Under the pieces are notes generated by a model. That model was not told the DNA's origin. It saw only the letters and a list, made by a program, of their open reading frames with translations, and did no database searches. The translations under genes and the position numbers were made by a program. From a virus, in the IMG/VR virus record IMGVR_UViG_3300028196_000009: DNA of 64,000 nt; one strand, given 5' to 3'. This document shows positions 40,230 through 49,970 of this stretch, piece by piece (positions within the stretch are counted from its first letter, which is position 1; every line of letters starts with the position of its first letter).

Positions 40230-40657
40230 TCTAAGTCACCAACTTGTTCAGTAACCCATGTATCGAAATCGTTTGAATTTTTCATTAGAACTTCACAATT
40301 TTCTTGTGTAAATTCTAAGCAATCATTTGTATCGACCCCTGATGTATCAACTAATAGAAGCTCTTCTAAGTATTTATACTTCAGTCCAGTCCAGTTTTTT
40401 ATAACTGCGGATATATACTGAGGTAGGAATTTATCTGCATCGAATTCTTCTTCGTATGCTCTAGTTTTCTTATTAAACTTGTTAGTTACGCATTTATTAC
40501 GTAATTTTAATAACTCTTCTCTTGCAAGATAAGTTAGTTTAACTTTGAAATCTTCCATCCCAGGATAATCAAATTCTACGGTTTTGCTAGGAGCAAGTAA
40601 GCTCTTAAGCGATATTGGTTCTTTTTTTAATTCTTGTACTACTTCTTTGTTTTCCAA
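40208..40657 (-). CDS. Tail assembly chaperone G
   Basis: Between major tail and tape measure genes; T5-like. Confidence 0.8.
   Translation of the reverse strand: MENKEVVQELKKEPISLKSLLAPSKTVEFDYPGMEDFKVKLTYLAREELLKLRNKCVTNKFNKKTRAYEEEFDADKFLPQYISAVIKNWTGLKYKYLEELLLVDTSGVDTNDCLEFTQENCEVLMKNSNDFDTWVTEQVGDLENFTERK
40223..40229 (-). other. -1 programmed ribosomal frameshift heptamer A AAU UUU
   Basis: X XXY YYZ heptamer four codons before the chaperone stop. Confidence 0.75.
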
Positions 40658-40674
40658 TTTTATTCTCCAAAAAT

Positions 40675-40706
40675 GAACGAGTGAGGATTGGATTCCTCAC
40701 TCATTC
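40675..40706 (-). terminator. Intrinsic terminator after major tail gene
   Basis: GAATGAGTGAGGA-ATCCAA-TCCTCACTCGTTC followed by ATTTTT. Confidence 0.7.
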
Positions 40707-40714
40707 TAGTTAGT

Positions 40715-41941
40715 TTATGATGTATATGTTATACTCATTTCGTTTGTTGCATCAGCTGCAGTTGATGATGATAAATCAGTTGATAAACCATGGAAAGCGA
40801 CATCTACTGAAATTACGTCTTCAATACTATGAGTTGGTAATTCCATATGCGCTTTTGGTAAAGCTACTGTACATCTAGGAGTATTACTTCCTCCGCCTAT
40901 GTTAAATGTTAAGGCAAAAGCATTAGTAATAATTCCTGTTGATTCCTGCATCTTTTCAAATAAGTCTAAAGACCCATTTGCTTCAGCGTTTAAGTAACAA
41001 GTAAAGTTACCAGAAACATTTCTAGTACCTGTTATATGACCTAACGGCTGACTAACAGTACCTAGTGTTTCGGGGGTTAGATAAGTAAGATTGTTTTCAA
41101 TACTTATACTTCCACCTGTTAAGGTTACTCCAAAAGTGATATCACTGTTGCCTAAAGCTCCAGTTGCTCCACTTACTTCAGATGCATCATATACGACTGT
41201 TAAATCTGTTAACTTCTGTCTGATAAAGTTTCCTGTTGAAGAAAGACCTTCATTAATTAAACCGAGAGTAGTTTCACCACCACCAGTTGTTACTAAAGAA
41301 GCTGTTTCTGTTATTGATTTACCGTTTCCAGACCACGCTACTTGCGCGATACCATCAATATCAAAGTCAATTGTTGCAGAACCAACTGAACAATCTGCTA
41401 ATTTATAAACGGTTACTCCGTCTGTACCTGTTGTAAATGTTGTACCTTCAGTATCCTTGGTAGCACCAAGAACAAAGAATAGGTCAAACGTTCCGATAAG
41501 TACGTTATTTGAATTTGCAAAATCAAAAGAATTAGGTTCGTGAGCTGCAGGATCAAATGTTCCTGACTCTCCAACTGCTTTCTGATAATCCTTACCACCC
41601 ATAGCAGCCCATAGTGGGCCCTCTACTGCAAACTTTTTACCGTTTCCAGCGTGTAATCCTGCATCCGCCGCAACTGAACCAGCTGCCGATGTAGTAGGTC
41701 TGATGTAAGTACTAAAGCTCCATTCAGCTGGTGCGTAAGAATCGGTGAACATTGTTCTACCTCTTTTACTATAACCACCTGTTCCGGCTGCTTCATTCAA
41801 AGTTACTTCGGTAGTATTTGTTGCCTGACTGAACGAAAATCCATCCAACACAGGAATTTCATAAAGAGCTGTATTGGCAGTTGTACTGTCAGCACTCCAC
41901 TTCATGAAAACTTTTGTATCTCTACTAAAGAAAAATGACAT
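40715..41941 (-). CDS. Major tail tube protein (T5 pb6-like)
   Basis: EIPVLDGFSFSQATN, PAEWSFSTY, GGSISIENNLTYLTPETLG. Confidence 0.88.
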   Translation of the reverse strand: MSFFFSRDTKVFMKWSADSTTANTALYEIPVLDGFSFSQATNTTEVTLNEAAGTGGYSKRGRTMFTDSYAPAEWSFSTYIRPTTSAAGSVAADAGLHAGNGKKFAVEGPLWAAMGGKDYQKAVGESGTFDPAAHEPNSFDFANSNNVLIGTFDLFFVLGATKDTEGTTFTTGTDGVTVYKLADCSVGSATIDFDIDGIAQVAWSGNGKSITETASLVTTGGGETTLGLINEGLSSTGNFIRQKLTDLTVVYDASEVSGATGALGNSDITFGVTLTGGSISIENNLTYLTPETLGTVSQPLGHITGTRNVSGNFTCYLNAEANGSLDLFEKMQESTGIITNAFALTFNIGGGSNTPRCTVALPKAHMELPTHSIEDVISVDVAFHGLSTDLSSSTAADATNEMSITYTS

Positions 41942-41955
41942 TTTTTATATCTCCA

Positions 41956-42417
41956 TTAATATCGAATCTCGCAGGTGATTTCTCCTACACCCAGAGGTTC
42001 TAATACGCCTTCATCTGTATCTACAGTAGCAATTGTAGTCTGCACTGTAGTATGAGATGTTCCTGTTGAGTCTGTGTAGGTTAAGGGATCATTATCCTCC
42101 AACACAGTTTCAACGTCTTCTAACAATTCTTCGAGAGCTTCTACGACATCATTGTCGTCAGAAACATAGCATCGAACTGTTATTGTTAAAAATCTAAATC
42201 GAAATCCACCACCATCATATTCTCTGGTTTCCGCACCTGCTCCAACATGTATAGTTGGAAATTCATTTACTTCATCCCAGAATTTAAGTCTACGCTCTAC
42301 TTTTGCTACCGAACTTCTAAATGGAGGTTGTCCATTTATTCCTTCTAGTGCTACTGCTATTGCTTCAACTATGGCTCTACGACGCGACGAATATCTTCTT
42401 GCTGTTGTTGAGTCCAT
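41956..42417 (-). CDS. Tail terminator protein
   Basis: RLKFWDEVNEFPTIHV.AG.ETREY, DEGVLEPLGVGEI. Confidence 0.8.
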   Translation of the reverse strand: MDSTTARRYSSRRRAIVEAIAVALEGINGQPPFRSSVAKVERRLKFWDEVNEFPTIHVGAGAETREYDGGGFRFRFLTITVRCYVSDDNDVVEALEELLEDVETVLEDNDPLTYTDSTGTSHTTVQTTIATVDTDEGVLEPLGVGEITCEIRY

Positions 42418-44060
42418 TATATTCTCCTGACTTTTATAAATTTATTTTGCATCTGCATAGATACTATTTCTCTAATACTTTGCCCTATTATTCTTCTTGG
42501 GTCTCTTTGTACACTACCCATTTTTCCACCTGGTTCAAATGTTCCATAAGGGTCTCTCATGTATGTATAGTCTGCTTGTAATCCCCCTCTTGGCCCTCGC
42601 ATTACTTGTGTAACTTGGGCTGAGTTTGCAAATCTTCCTGTTCTAAACTGTAATCTTGGAGCTTGCATTTTGGTAGCTACTACTTGGGGTAACATACTAT
42701 TTATTAAATTTCTCAAAGCTAAAGGATTTGTTTGAGCTTTCTTTGCTAAAGTACTTCTTGCTCTATTCCCTCTAGATACTGCTGATGTTGCGGCAGCTAT
42801 TGTTCTTCCTTTTTTACCTTGCTTTCCTTTTCTTGTAACTCTTCCACTACTACTCTTACTTAGTTTACCTTTTTTATTTTTATTTAGAGAAGCAAATAAA
42901 TCTTTATTTATTTTTAATCTCATATTAGGTTTAGCTATATGTTTAGGAAAAAGCTTTTGAATCATTAGTTTTTTTGCATGTAATGAAGACCTGTCTATAA
43001 AAGAGGGACTATCTGCCCATAAATCTTGTGCTTGTTTTAAAGGTAATCCCATTAATCTCTGCACTTCTTTTATAAATATCGCATCATTTGTTAAAAAATC
43101 TCTAAAATGATCTCTTATAGCTTTATCAAAGACTCCATCATTATTTTTTAAAATATCAGGAACCATTGTTCCTTGCATTAGCATAGTATCTGTTAGTTCT
43201 TCTTCAGTAGAAAATGAATCTACTTTTGAATCTACTTGAAATAAGTCTCTCCATTTTATAATTACTGCATCATGAAAAGTATGGTACAATTCAGAATTAG
43301 TCACACCAGCACTAACTGCCATACTATCACAAATTGCTTTTAAGATAACTTGTTCTATCTTTGTTCCTTTTGCTCCACTTACTGTTCCACCCTTTCCTGT
43401 AGCTCTTCTTTCCTTTGTATTCTTTCCATCTAAAAAAGCTTTATAATCACTTCTTTTTTGAGTTTCATAAGCTCTTGCATCTTCTGGGCTATTATAGTCT
43501 CCAAATTCAGGTTCTTGTCTTCCCGGCTCTCCATGCTCAAACTCTTGTCCTTTATTAGAACCTCGAAAAAGTCTATTTAAAACTGCTTCTTGTACTTTTT
43601 TATCTTTTTTAAGTTTTACTTTAAAAAAATTTACTGTATATCTTTTTATTGCAGCTTTTGCTTGCTCTTCTAAATTAGTTGATCCTATATGTTGTTTGTA
43701 GGGTTGTCCTCCAACAGTCTTAAGACTTCTTCTGAACTCTATAGAGCATCTTTTGTCGTCTCCTTTAAAATTTGCAAAATAAAATTTAGAGTTTGTTTTT
43801 GCACCTCCACCTCTGGGGGCGCTTTTTAGTGCTAATTTTTTAATTCCACTGCTAAAGTCTTTCCAAGGAAAAGGTGCAGGAGAAAAGTTTGCTATCTTCA
43901 TACCGAACTTTGCTTCCATAACTGTTATTTGTGATAAGTTCCATTGTTTTTGCCAATGTCTTTTATCTAATGTTATCATTCCTTTGCCAAACCAAGTTCC
44001 AGGGTCTCCTTTTCTTTCAGTAATATCGTCTAAGAGAGTTTTTCTCAGTATTTCTGACAT
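42417..44060 (-). CDS. Tail completion/neck protein with long N-terminal extension
   Basis: C-terminal RTGRFANS..YTYMRDPYGTFEPG..RDPRRIIGQSIREI; syntenic position. Confidence 0.6.
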   Translation of the reverse strand: MSEILRKTLLDDITERKGDPGTWFGKGMITLDKRHWQKQWNLSQITVMEAKFGMKIANFSPAPFPWKDFSSGIKKLALKSAPRGGGAKTNSKFYFANFKGDDKRCSIEFRRSLKTVGGQPYKQHIGSTNLEEQAKAAIKRYTVNFFKVKLKKDKKVQEAVLNRLFRGSNKGQEFEHGEPGRQEPEFGDYNSPEDARAYETQKRSDYKAFLDGKNTKERRATGKGGTVSGAKGTKIEQVILKAICDSMAVSAGVTNSELYHTFHDAVIIKWRDLFQVDSKVDSFSTEEELTDTMLMQGTMVPDILKNNDGVFDKAIRDHFRDFLTNDAIFIKEVQRLMGLPLKQAQDLWADSPSFIDRSSLHAKKLMIQKLFPKHIAKPNMRLKINKDLFASLNKNKKGKLSKSSSGRVTRKGKQGKKGRTIAAATSAVSRGNRARSTLAKKAQTNPLALRNLINSMLPQVVATKMQAPRLQFRTGRFANSAQVTQVMRGPRGGLQADYTYMRDPYGTFEPGGKMGSVQRDPRRIIGQSIREIVSMQMQNKFIKVRRI

Positions 44061-44656
44061 TAAATAACTACTTTATATAAATCAAGTACCCTTTTTATGT
44101 GGTCTGGGAAGTCAGTACTATTTCTGATTCCTGCAGTACCTTGATTCTGTTGGACAGCTCCGCCCAAACTTCTTCTTTCTTTATGCTCGTCTTTTATGTA
44201 GTAATTAATTAAGTCAAACAAAGCTAGTTGTAAATCTCTTGGTGTTGAGGCATACCCTGCTTTATATGTAATTTTTACAGCACCTACACCTCTTGCCCAA
44301 TGTATCTGATTACCACCTGCATTAGTTCTAATGATTGCATCGGCTTCTTCATCAACATAGTATTCATATTTAGGTATAGTAAGTTCTGTATAACTATCTG
44401 AATAATTCTGTCTTTCTTCTACTTTTGTTACAGAAACTATAGGGCTTTCACTCACAATTATGGTGTTAGTATAGTTATCTTCAATTGTAAAAACTTCAAC
44501 TTTATCTGTACTATAAAAATCTACGAAACTTGTTCCGCAATACTTTTTAACTAAATCAGATACCTGAGGTACTATAACAGCTAGACGATCATCATCCTTC
44601 TCCCCTCGAAGGCCTTCTGCGTCTTTATATTCGTTTACTGTTATTAAGTCTGCCAT
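44060..44656 (-). CDS. Head completion / head-tail connector
   Basis: LITVNEYK, VKITYKAGY..P.DLQLA, FPDHIKRVLDLY. Confidence 0.8.
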   Translation of the reverse strand: MADLITVNEYKDAEGLRGEKDDDRLAVIVPQVSDLVKKYCGTSFVDFYSTDKVEVFTIEDNYTNTIIVSESPIVSVTKVEERQNYSDSYTELTIPKYEYYVDEEADAIIRTNAGGNQIHWARGVGAVKITYKAGYASTPRDLQLALFDLINYYIKDEHKERRSLGGAVQQNQGTAGIRNSTDFPDHIKRVLDLYKVVI

Positions 44657-44660
44657 AGTT

Positions 44661-44689
44661 AAAAAGGGTGGGTTTTAAGGAAACCCACC
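44661..44689 (-). terminator. Intrinsic terminator after major capsid gene
   Basis: GGTGGGTTT-CCTTA-AAACCCACC followed by CTTTTT. Confidence 0.8.
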
Positions 44690-44708
44690 GAAAACCTGTA
44701 ATTAGCTA

Positions 44709-46763
44709 TTAACTAGCTGCTGCGTACTTCCATCCGTGTACTGTGTGTGCATTCTCAATCAATTCGGCAAAGCCTAATCTTTGTGAAGCTACTAGTACTC
44801 TTCTTTGGTTTGCTACTTCGTAGTCAGATTCTATTGTTACACCTCTTAGTCTAGGCATTACATAGTTTCTTGGGTATACTGCGATAGCACCAGTTTTTGA
44901 AGCTGCTTTAGAAGCGAACTCGTCACATAAGATGACTCTTGAGCCAAATACTTGTCCGATTTCACCACTTAATTTAGTAGCCATGTCACCAACTAGGTTA
45001 GCGTCTTGGAACTCTGCATCTTCAAGTAGGTTGTAGTAACCTTCTTGTGAAACAAGATAAACAACTTCTGATGGATTAACACCATATTTGCCCATATTCT
45101 TTCTTAGACCTAATAGGTCTGCTGCAGTTAAAGCATCGCCTGCTGCAAAGATTCCACCTGAACCGCCACCGACGTCTACAGTATTAAATGAACCATTACT
45201 TGCATGCTCAATCAAACCTTCAAAAGCTGCTGCTGATGTACCATATACACCTTCAGCATTGTCACCTGCTAAGATAGCATTCTCGATACCTCTTGCATGT
45301 GCTCTTACCATTGACTCTCTGATTAAAGGGAGGATAGGCATGATTGCATCTTCTTCAGTCTCGTTACCTAAGTAAGATTGTGAAATAAGCTTTTTAGTTG
45401 ATAATGTAACTTCTGTTAAGTCAACACCATCATTAGCACCTAAAGCGGCGCCTCTAGCTTCTAAGTTTCCTTTTGGATTACTTCCACCAGCTGTTTGTCC
45501 TGATGTAAATTCAGCATAACCAGCGTCTGGTAATACTGGGATAATCATATTAGCGGAATTCATTTGAATTTCTCTAAATAATGGGGCTAATACTAGCTCA
45601 TTTTGAATATCTCTTTCAATTGATGTTGATACTAACTGTTCAAAGTTAGCTGAAGATACTTCTACACCTGCTGAGACATTAACTTTTTCCATTAATCTCT
45701 TAGAGTATTCTGTATCCCAACCTTTACCAGTCGCTAAACCAGCAAATTTTGCATCCATAACATCTTGTTCAAAGTCTTTCTTCCAGTCGCCGTTACCTTG
45801 TCTATTAGCAAAAACTCTTTTAGATTCACGAATATTCATGATTTCTTCTGATTTCTCAGCGAGTTGCTTTTCTAGGCTATCGACTACTGATTTTAAGTCT
45901 TCTTGTTTTTGATTGACTCTAGTTTCTAGGTCGTTCATTAGCCTTTCAGCTCCTGTCAAACCAGCTTCCACTATAGTTTTTGTTTCCATTTCCTTTGCTT
46001 CTTGAACAGCTTTTTGTTCAGCTTCAACTTGAATTGCTTCTTGTTGTTTAGCTTCGTCTGCTGCCTTCTGTTCGGCTTGCTTCATCGCAATTTTAGTCGC
46101 AGTATCTTCTGCTACTTTTTTTGCAAATGCTTCAAGATCGATTGAAGTTTCAGGAGATTTTTTTTCTTCTGACATATCAGTCTCCGTTGATGAGGATTTC
46201 TCCTCGCTTGGCTGCTCAATTTTAACAGCATCTGCTGGTGCAGTTGAGTTAGCCTGTAATATTTGTTTTTGGTACTTTCTGTATTCTTCCATAGAATCAA
46301 AAGACTTTGCTAGTCCAAAGGTTGCCCCTTGGTTGCAAGGTACTGATACTACAGATACTTCGAAAAGTTCCGCGTCTTTTATTTTATATCCATCGGTTTC
46401 AGTCATATATTCAGAGTCCTTACATCTGAATCCAACTGAAAATGCTCCGAGGACACCATCTTTCACCAAATGAGTAATGTCACCTGCAGCTTTAGATATT
46501 TTTGCAGTTATCTCTAAACCTTTGTCTGTGACTTGTAAATCCGTTGCTCTACCGATAGGTTTGTTATAATCATGGTTAAAAAGTATAATTGGATTACCTT
46601 TAAAGTTTTCCAATCCGCCTTTCATCCATGCTTCGCTTTCGATTATATCTCCAGCTCTATCTAGTGCATTTGTACTTGCAGAACCTTTGATGTTTATTCC
46701 ACCATCTTCGGTTTCGCCTAAAGATTTAAAAGTACTCGTCCATTGATAAATTTTACTTGACAT
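44709..46763 (-). CDS. Fused HK97-type prohead protease + scaffold (delta) domain + major capsid protein
   Basis: N-terminal DRAGD, LFNHD, AFSVGF, LFEVSVVSVPCN; coiled coil; HK97-fold capsid; no internal stop. Confidence 0.92.
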   Translation of the reverse strand: MSSKIYQWTSTFKSLGETEDGGINIKGSASTNALDRAGDIIESEAWMKGGLENFKGNPIILFNHDYNKPIGRATDLQVTDKGLEITAKISKAAGDITHLVKDGVLGAFSVGFRCKDSEYMTETDGYKIKDAELFEVSVVSVPCNQGATFGLAKSFDSMEEYRKYQKQILQANSTAPADAVKIEQPSEEKSSSTETDMSEEKKSPETSIDLEAFAKKVAEDTATKIAMKQAEQKAADEAKQQEAIQVEAEQKAVQEAKEMETKTIVEAGLTGAERLMNDLETRVNQKQEDLKSVVDSLEKQLAEKSEEIMNIRESKRVFANRQGNGDWKKDFEQDVMDAKFAGLATGKGWDTEYSKRLMEKVNVSAGVEVSSANFEQLVSTSIERDIQNELVLAPLFREIQMNSANMIIPVLPDAGYAEFTSGQTAGGSNPKGNLEARGAALGANDGVDLTEVTLSTKKLISQSYLGNETEEDAIMPILPLIRESMVRAHARGIENAILAGDNAEGVYGTSAAAFEGLIEHASNGSFNTVDVGGGSGGIFAAGDALTAADLLGLRKNMGKYGVNPSEVVYLVSQEGYYNLLEDAEFQDANLVGDMATKLSGEIGQVFGSRVILCDEFASKAASKTGAIAVYPRNYVMPRLRGVTIESDYEVANQRRVLVASQRLGFAELIENAHTVHGWKYAAAS

Positions 46764-47031
46764 CTTTTTTCTCCTTCTTCACAGTTTTAGGAGCAACCTT
46801 CTTAGGTGTTACCTTCTTAGGCGCTACTTTCACTGTCTTAGGTAAAGAAACAGGATGTCTGTTTGCTACATATGATAAAATTCTATTCCAGCTACCTATT
46901 CTTCTACGTAAAACGTAGTCAAATACTGGAACATCGTTACCATATGATTTGTATTCAGCTAATGTCATTGTTTCAACGCCTTTTGACGCCATAAAGTCTG
47001 AAAAAGCCTTTACCATCATATCTTTTGTCAT
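46753..47031 (-). CDS. Small basic protein (HNH-associated-repeat-like core, H1-like tail)
   Basis: EY..P..RRRIGSWN..L; C-terminal VAPKKVTPKKVAPK. Confidence 0.5.
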   Translation of the reverse strand: MTKDMMVKAFSDFMASKGVETMTLAEYKSYGNDVPVFDYVLRRRIGSWNRILSYVANRHPVSLPKTVKVAPKKVTPKKVAPKTVKKEKKDVK

Positions 47032-47033
47032 AA

Positions 47034-48242
47034 TTATTCTTCCTCGCTTGGGGCGGCTTCTGTTGGCCTGCCACCTTCTTCTGGGTTTGCTGCTGAACCT
47101 GCGATATTCGCAGGAACTCTTGGTTTATCAAACCCTTCAATTGTTTCAAGTCGTAATGCCTCCCTTGCTTCGTTCGGTGTCATTATACCTGTATTCACAA
47201 GCGTAGCATAGTAGCCCGCTTGGTCTCTTAACTCTGGTTGTAGTGCAGGTATATCTGATACATTTTCATCAAGTTTGAAACCGAAAAATCTCTCGAAAGC
47301 ATATGCTATTTTTGTAGTAATAGGCAATATGGTTTCTAGATAAAACAAACGGTGGTTTGGTCGCAAGTTAGCGTTGTTACCACTGTCCATTAAAATCGGT
47401 GGAATACCTAAAGCTTTTAAGATAATCTTTTCATTGGAAGCAATTCCTTCCTGAAAATCTAAGTCTTTAAAACTAATTTCTGTTAAGTTTTCTACCTCAA
47501 GTCCACCGTCTAAAAACAATGGTCTTCTGCCACCAGACTGTGGATTGTATCTGGCAACCCATGCCTGTAACATTCTTTCTTTAATTTTCTCAGAAAGAGT
47601 ATTTGGTGATTTAAGTACTAATCCAGGTACTGCTCCATTTTTGAAGAAGTTATCCTGAAATCTTCTCATGCTACCTAGTAACTGCATAGTTCTAAGTGCA
47701 GGTTTTAATCTTGGTACGCCTCTATAAATAGATTTAAACGAGTTTTCTTTAATATGTATAATTTCTGAAGGTTTGTAATCTATAGTGTTATCATATGAAA
47801 ACTTTTCTATATAAGTATTATCATCACTATGTATAGTTACATGTTCCGCTGGAAGATGATACAGATGTGCACCATCAAAGTACACAAAAATATTACCGTC
47901 AATCAATAAGTCTATTAAGAGATTTCTTTTAAATGTGCTTACATCTTGAAACGGGTTAGGTTCTGTGTTTAATAGCAAGTCTACTCTACTTCTTCTAATG
48001 TTCTTAACTACAGGAGAAGCACCTAGCATTTTTTCGCCAACGTCAAAAGGTATTTCAGCAGCGTCATCCACTATCATGTTGACTGCTCTGTTTACTATCT
48101 CTAGTTGTTCGTAGGCATTTCTGTAACTATGTACTACTTCCTGTGATTGAATAGTTGTACCTTGGTCACGAGATATAACATATTGCGCAGGGTTTTCTTT
48201 AACCTCGTCGCTTCTGTTTATAAATCTATCATACCATGCCAT
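47034..48242 (-). CDS. Portal protein (HK97/T5 pb7 type)
   Basis: LLNTEPNPFQ, DGNIF, EIIHIK, FFKNGAVPG, GIPP.L, TGIMTPNEAR. Confidence 0.92.
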   Translation of the reverse strand: MAWYDRFINRSDEVKENPAQYVISRDQGTTIQSQEVVHSYRNAYEQLEIVNRAVNMIVDDAAEIPFDVGEKMLGASPVVKNIRRSRVDLLLNTEPNPFQDVSTFKRNLLIDLLIDGNIFVYFDGAHLYHLPAEHVTIHSDDNTYIEKFSYDNTIDYKPSEIIHIKENSFKSIYRGVPRLKPALRTMQLLGSMRRFQDNFFKNGAVPGLVLKSPNTLSEKIKERMLQAWVARYNPQSGGRRPLFLDGGLEVENLTEISFKDLDFQEGIASNEKIILKALGIPPILMDSGNNANLRPNHRLFYLETILPITTKIAYAFERFFGFKLDENVSDIPALQPELRDQAGYYATLVNTGIMTPNEAREALRLETIEGFDKPRVPANIAGSAANPEEGGRPTEAAPSEEE

Positions 48243-48600
48243 ATTTGTCTCTCTGTATCTCGACCCATCTTTGTTGTTTTAGGGCTGTTACTAGCTTTGG
48301 GCGTTTTCCGTATATGCCATGTAATCTTAAGTGATGACTATGACATAATGTAACAGCATGAGTATAGACTTTATCTTCGTTCTCTTTTATAAATTGTTCA
48401 CGAAGTGCTAATATTTCTTGTTCTTGAGTTATGTGTATCTTGTTTCTACGTAACCACATTTCTAATAATTCGGTTAAACCGTAGAAGTGATGGAAATCTA
48501 AGTTTTCTTGTTCTCCGCAAATATAACATTCCGCATCTTTTTTATATTTAGACTTGGCCTTGTCGCGAACATATTTTACTAAATCTCTTTTTAAATCCAT
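48229..48600 (-). CDS. HNH-type nicking endonuclease, T5-like
   Basis: CYICG..LDFHH, TLCHSHHLRLH; between terL and portal as in T5; start moved to ATG 48600. Confidence 0.75.
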   Translation of the reverse strand: MDLKRDLVKYVRDKAKSKYKKDAECYICGEQENLDFHHFYGLTELLEMWLRRNKIHITQEQEILALREQFIKENEDKVYTHAVTLCHSHHLRLHGIYGKRPKLVTALKQQRWVEIQRDKYGMV

Positions 48601-48620
48601 AACTTTACTTGTATAATAGA

Positions 48621-48659
48621 ATTTTATCAAACTTTCAAGCTAATGTCAAGAACTATTTT
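48621..48659 (-). promoter_or_regulatory. Sigma70-type promoter with AAAATAGTTC element
   Basis: AAAATAGTTC-TTGACA-N17-TAAAAT. Confidence 0.8.
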
Positions 48660-48671
48660 TTGAAGGGGTAA

Positions 48672-49970
48672 TTAAAATGTAGTGGCGCTTGTCTCGAATG
48701 AGTACAAAGCGTAGCGAAGAGCATCGGCCATGTGAGAGGCCATGTTGTGTTTAGGTTTTTCCCTCAAAAGATTAGGATTGGGATCCCATTGATACTGGTC
48801 TATTGAAGACAGGCTTTCTTTACATGCTTGATGAATTATTAGATTATCATTATCTACTATACCTGCAACGTGACCAATACCATCCAGTACTGATTTCTTA
48901 GCATTGATAGTACTAATATCATAATTTTGTGCAAAGTCAAACCTTGTTTGTTGAGCTGCGGAATCAATATAGATATAATCTATCTCCCACTTAGCTATTA
49001 GTTTTTGAATCTGCATAGCGTGTTGTTCTGTTGTTTTTTCTGCATCTAAGTATTCGTCAAGTAAGTAGTATTTCTCACTATCCCAATCATACGCTATAAC
49101 ACAGAAAGCAGTCGGGTCTCTGTACCCTACGTCCATTCCTGCAAAAACATCCATTCTAGAAGTATCTAATTCTGTCAAATCAGAGACACATTCTTCGTGA
49201 CTAAATGCCCATACTTGTCCCTCAAATACATTAAAGTCTGCCATGTATTCTTGGTTGAATTCATTCTCTGACATAGTTTTTCTTGCTTCTAGAATATCTT
49301 GTTCTGATATACGAGGGTTTTCGTGGTAAGTTGCTTTTATGCTACACCATTCTGGGAACTGGTCTGAGAATCCTCTCTGCCAGAACTCTGCAAACCAATT
49401 ATTTCTACCCCTTGGAGTAGATATAAAGAGTGCTTTTGAGTTTTCTTTATCTAGTGTGGGCCTGAGCGCAACATTGAAAGCATCCCTCCCGTCAACGAGA
49501 GCGGCCTCATCGAATATGATGAGATCATAGCTTCTACCCACAACCGAGTCCACTTGGTTAACGGAACCCATACGTATTGTAGAACCGTTTGTAAGTTCAA
49601 TAACTTTATCTTTTGCATTATCTCTTGTAACCTCCAAGTCAAAATGTTTAATCAGTCCTCTCTGTAATTCAAAAGAGATTTGTGATAGTGAGTAGTTTGG
49701 GGACATTAATAAAACATTAGAACCTGGTACTAAAGTAATTAATTGTCCAATTATATTCGCAATATAAGTTTTGCCCTGTCTACGAGAAACAGCTGCAGTA
49801 ATAAAACGATATTTGGGGTTGTTGATTGCATTTATGATTCCATGCTGTGAAGTGTTTGGCGTAATGCCAAGTAAGTCCATATATCCATCTATAGGAAGTT
49901 TAATAAATCTTCTTTCATCAAACCTCATTATGGCATCTGAAAGTATGTCTGTTCTGCTAATTTGTATCAA
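48672..49970 (-). CDS. terL: Terminase large subunit (T5-like)
   Basis: VSRRQGKT, VGRSYDLIIFDEAA, ISTPRG, GMDVGYRD, HMADALRY. Confidence 0.95.
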   Translation of the reverse strand: MIQISRTDILSDAIMRFDERRFIKLPIDGYMDLLGITPNTSQHGIINAINNPKYRFITAAVSRRQGKTYIANIIGQLITLVPGSNVLLMSPNYSLSQISFELQRGLIKHFDLEVTRDNAKDKVIELTNGSTIRMGSVNQVDSVVGRSYDLIIFDEAALVDGRDAFNVALRPTLDKENSKALFISTPRGRNNWFAEFWQRGFSDQFPEWCSIKATYHENPRISEQDILEARKTMSENEFNQEYMADFNVFEGQVWAFSHEECVSDLTELDTSRMDVFAGMDVGYRDPTAFCVIAYDWDSEKYYLLDEYLDAEKTTEQHAMQIQKLIAKWEIDYIYIDSAAQQTRFDFAQNYDISTINAKKSVLDGIGHVAGIVDNDNLIIHQACKESLSSIDQYQWDPNPNLLREKPKHNMASHMADALRYALYSFETSATTF

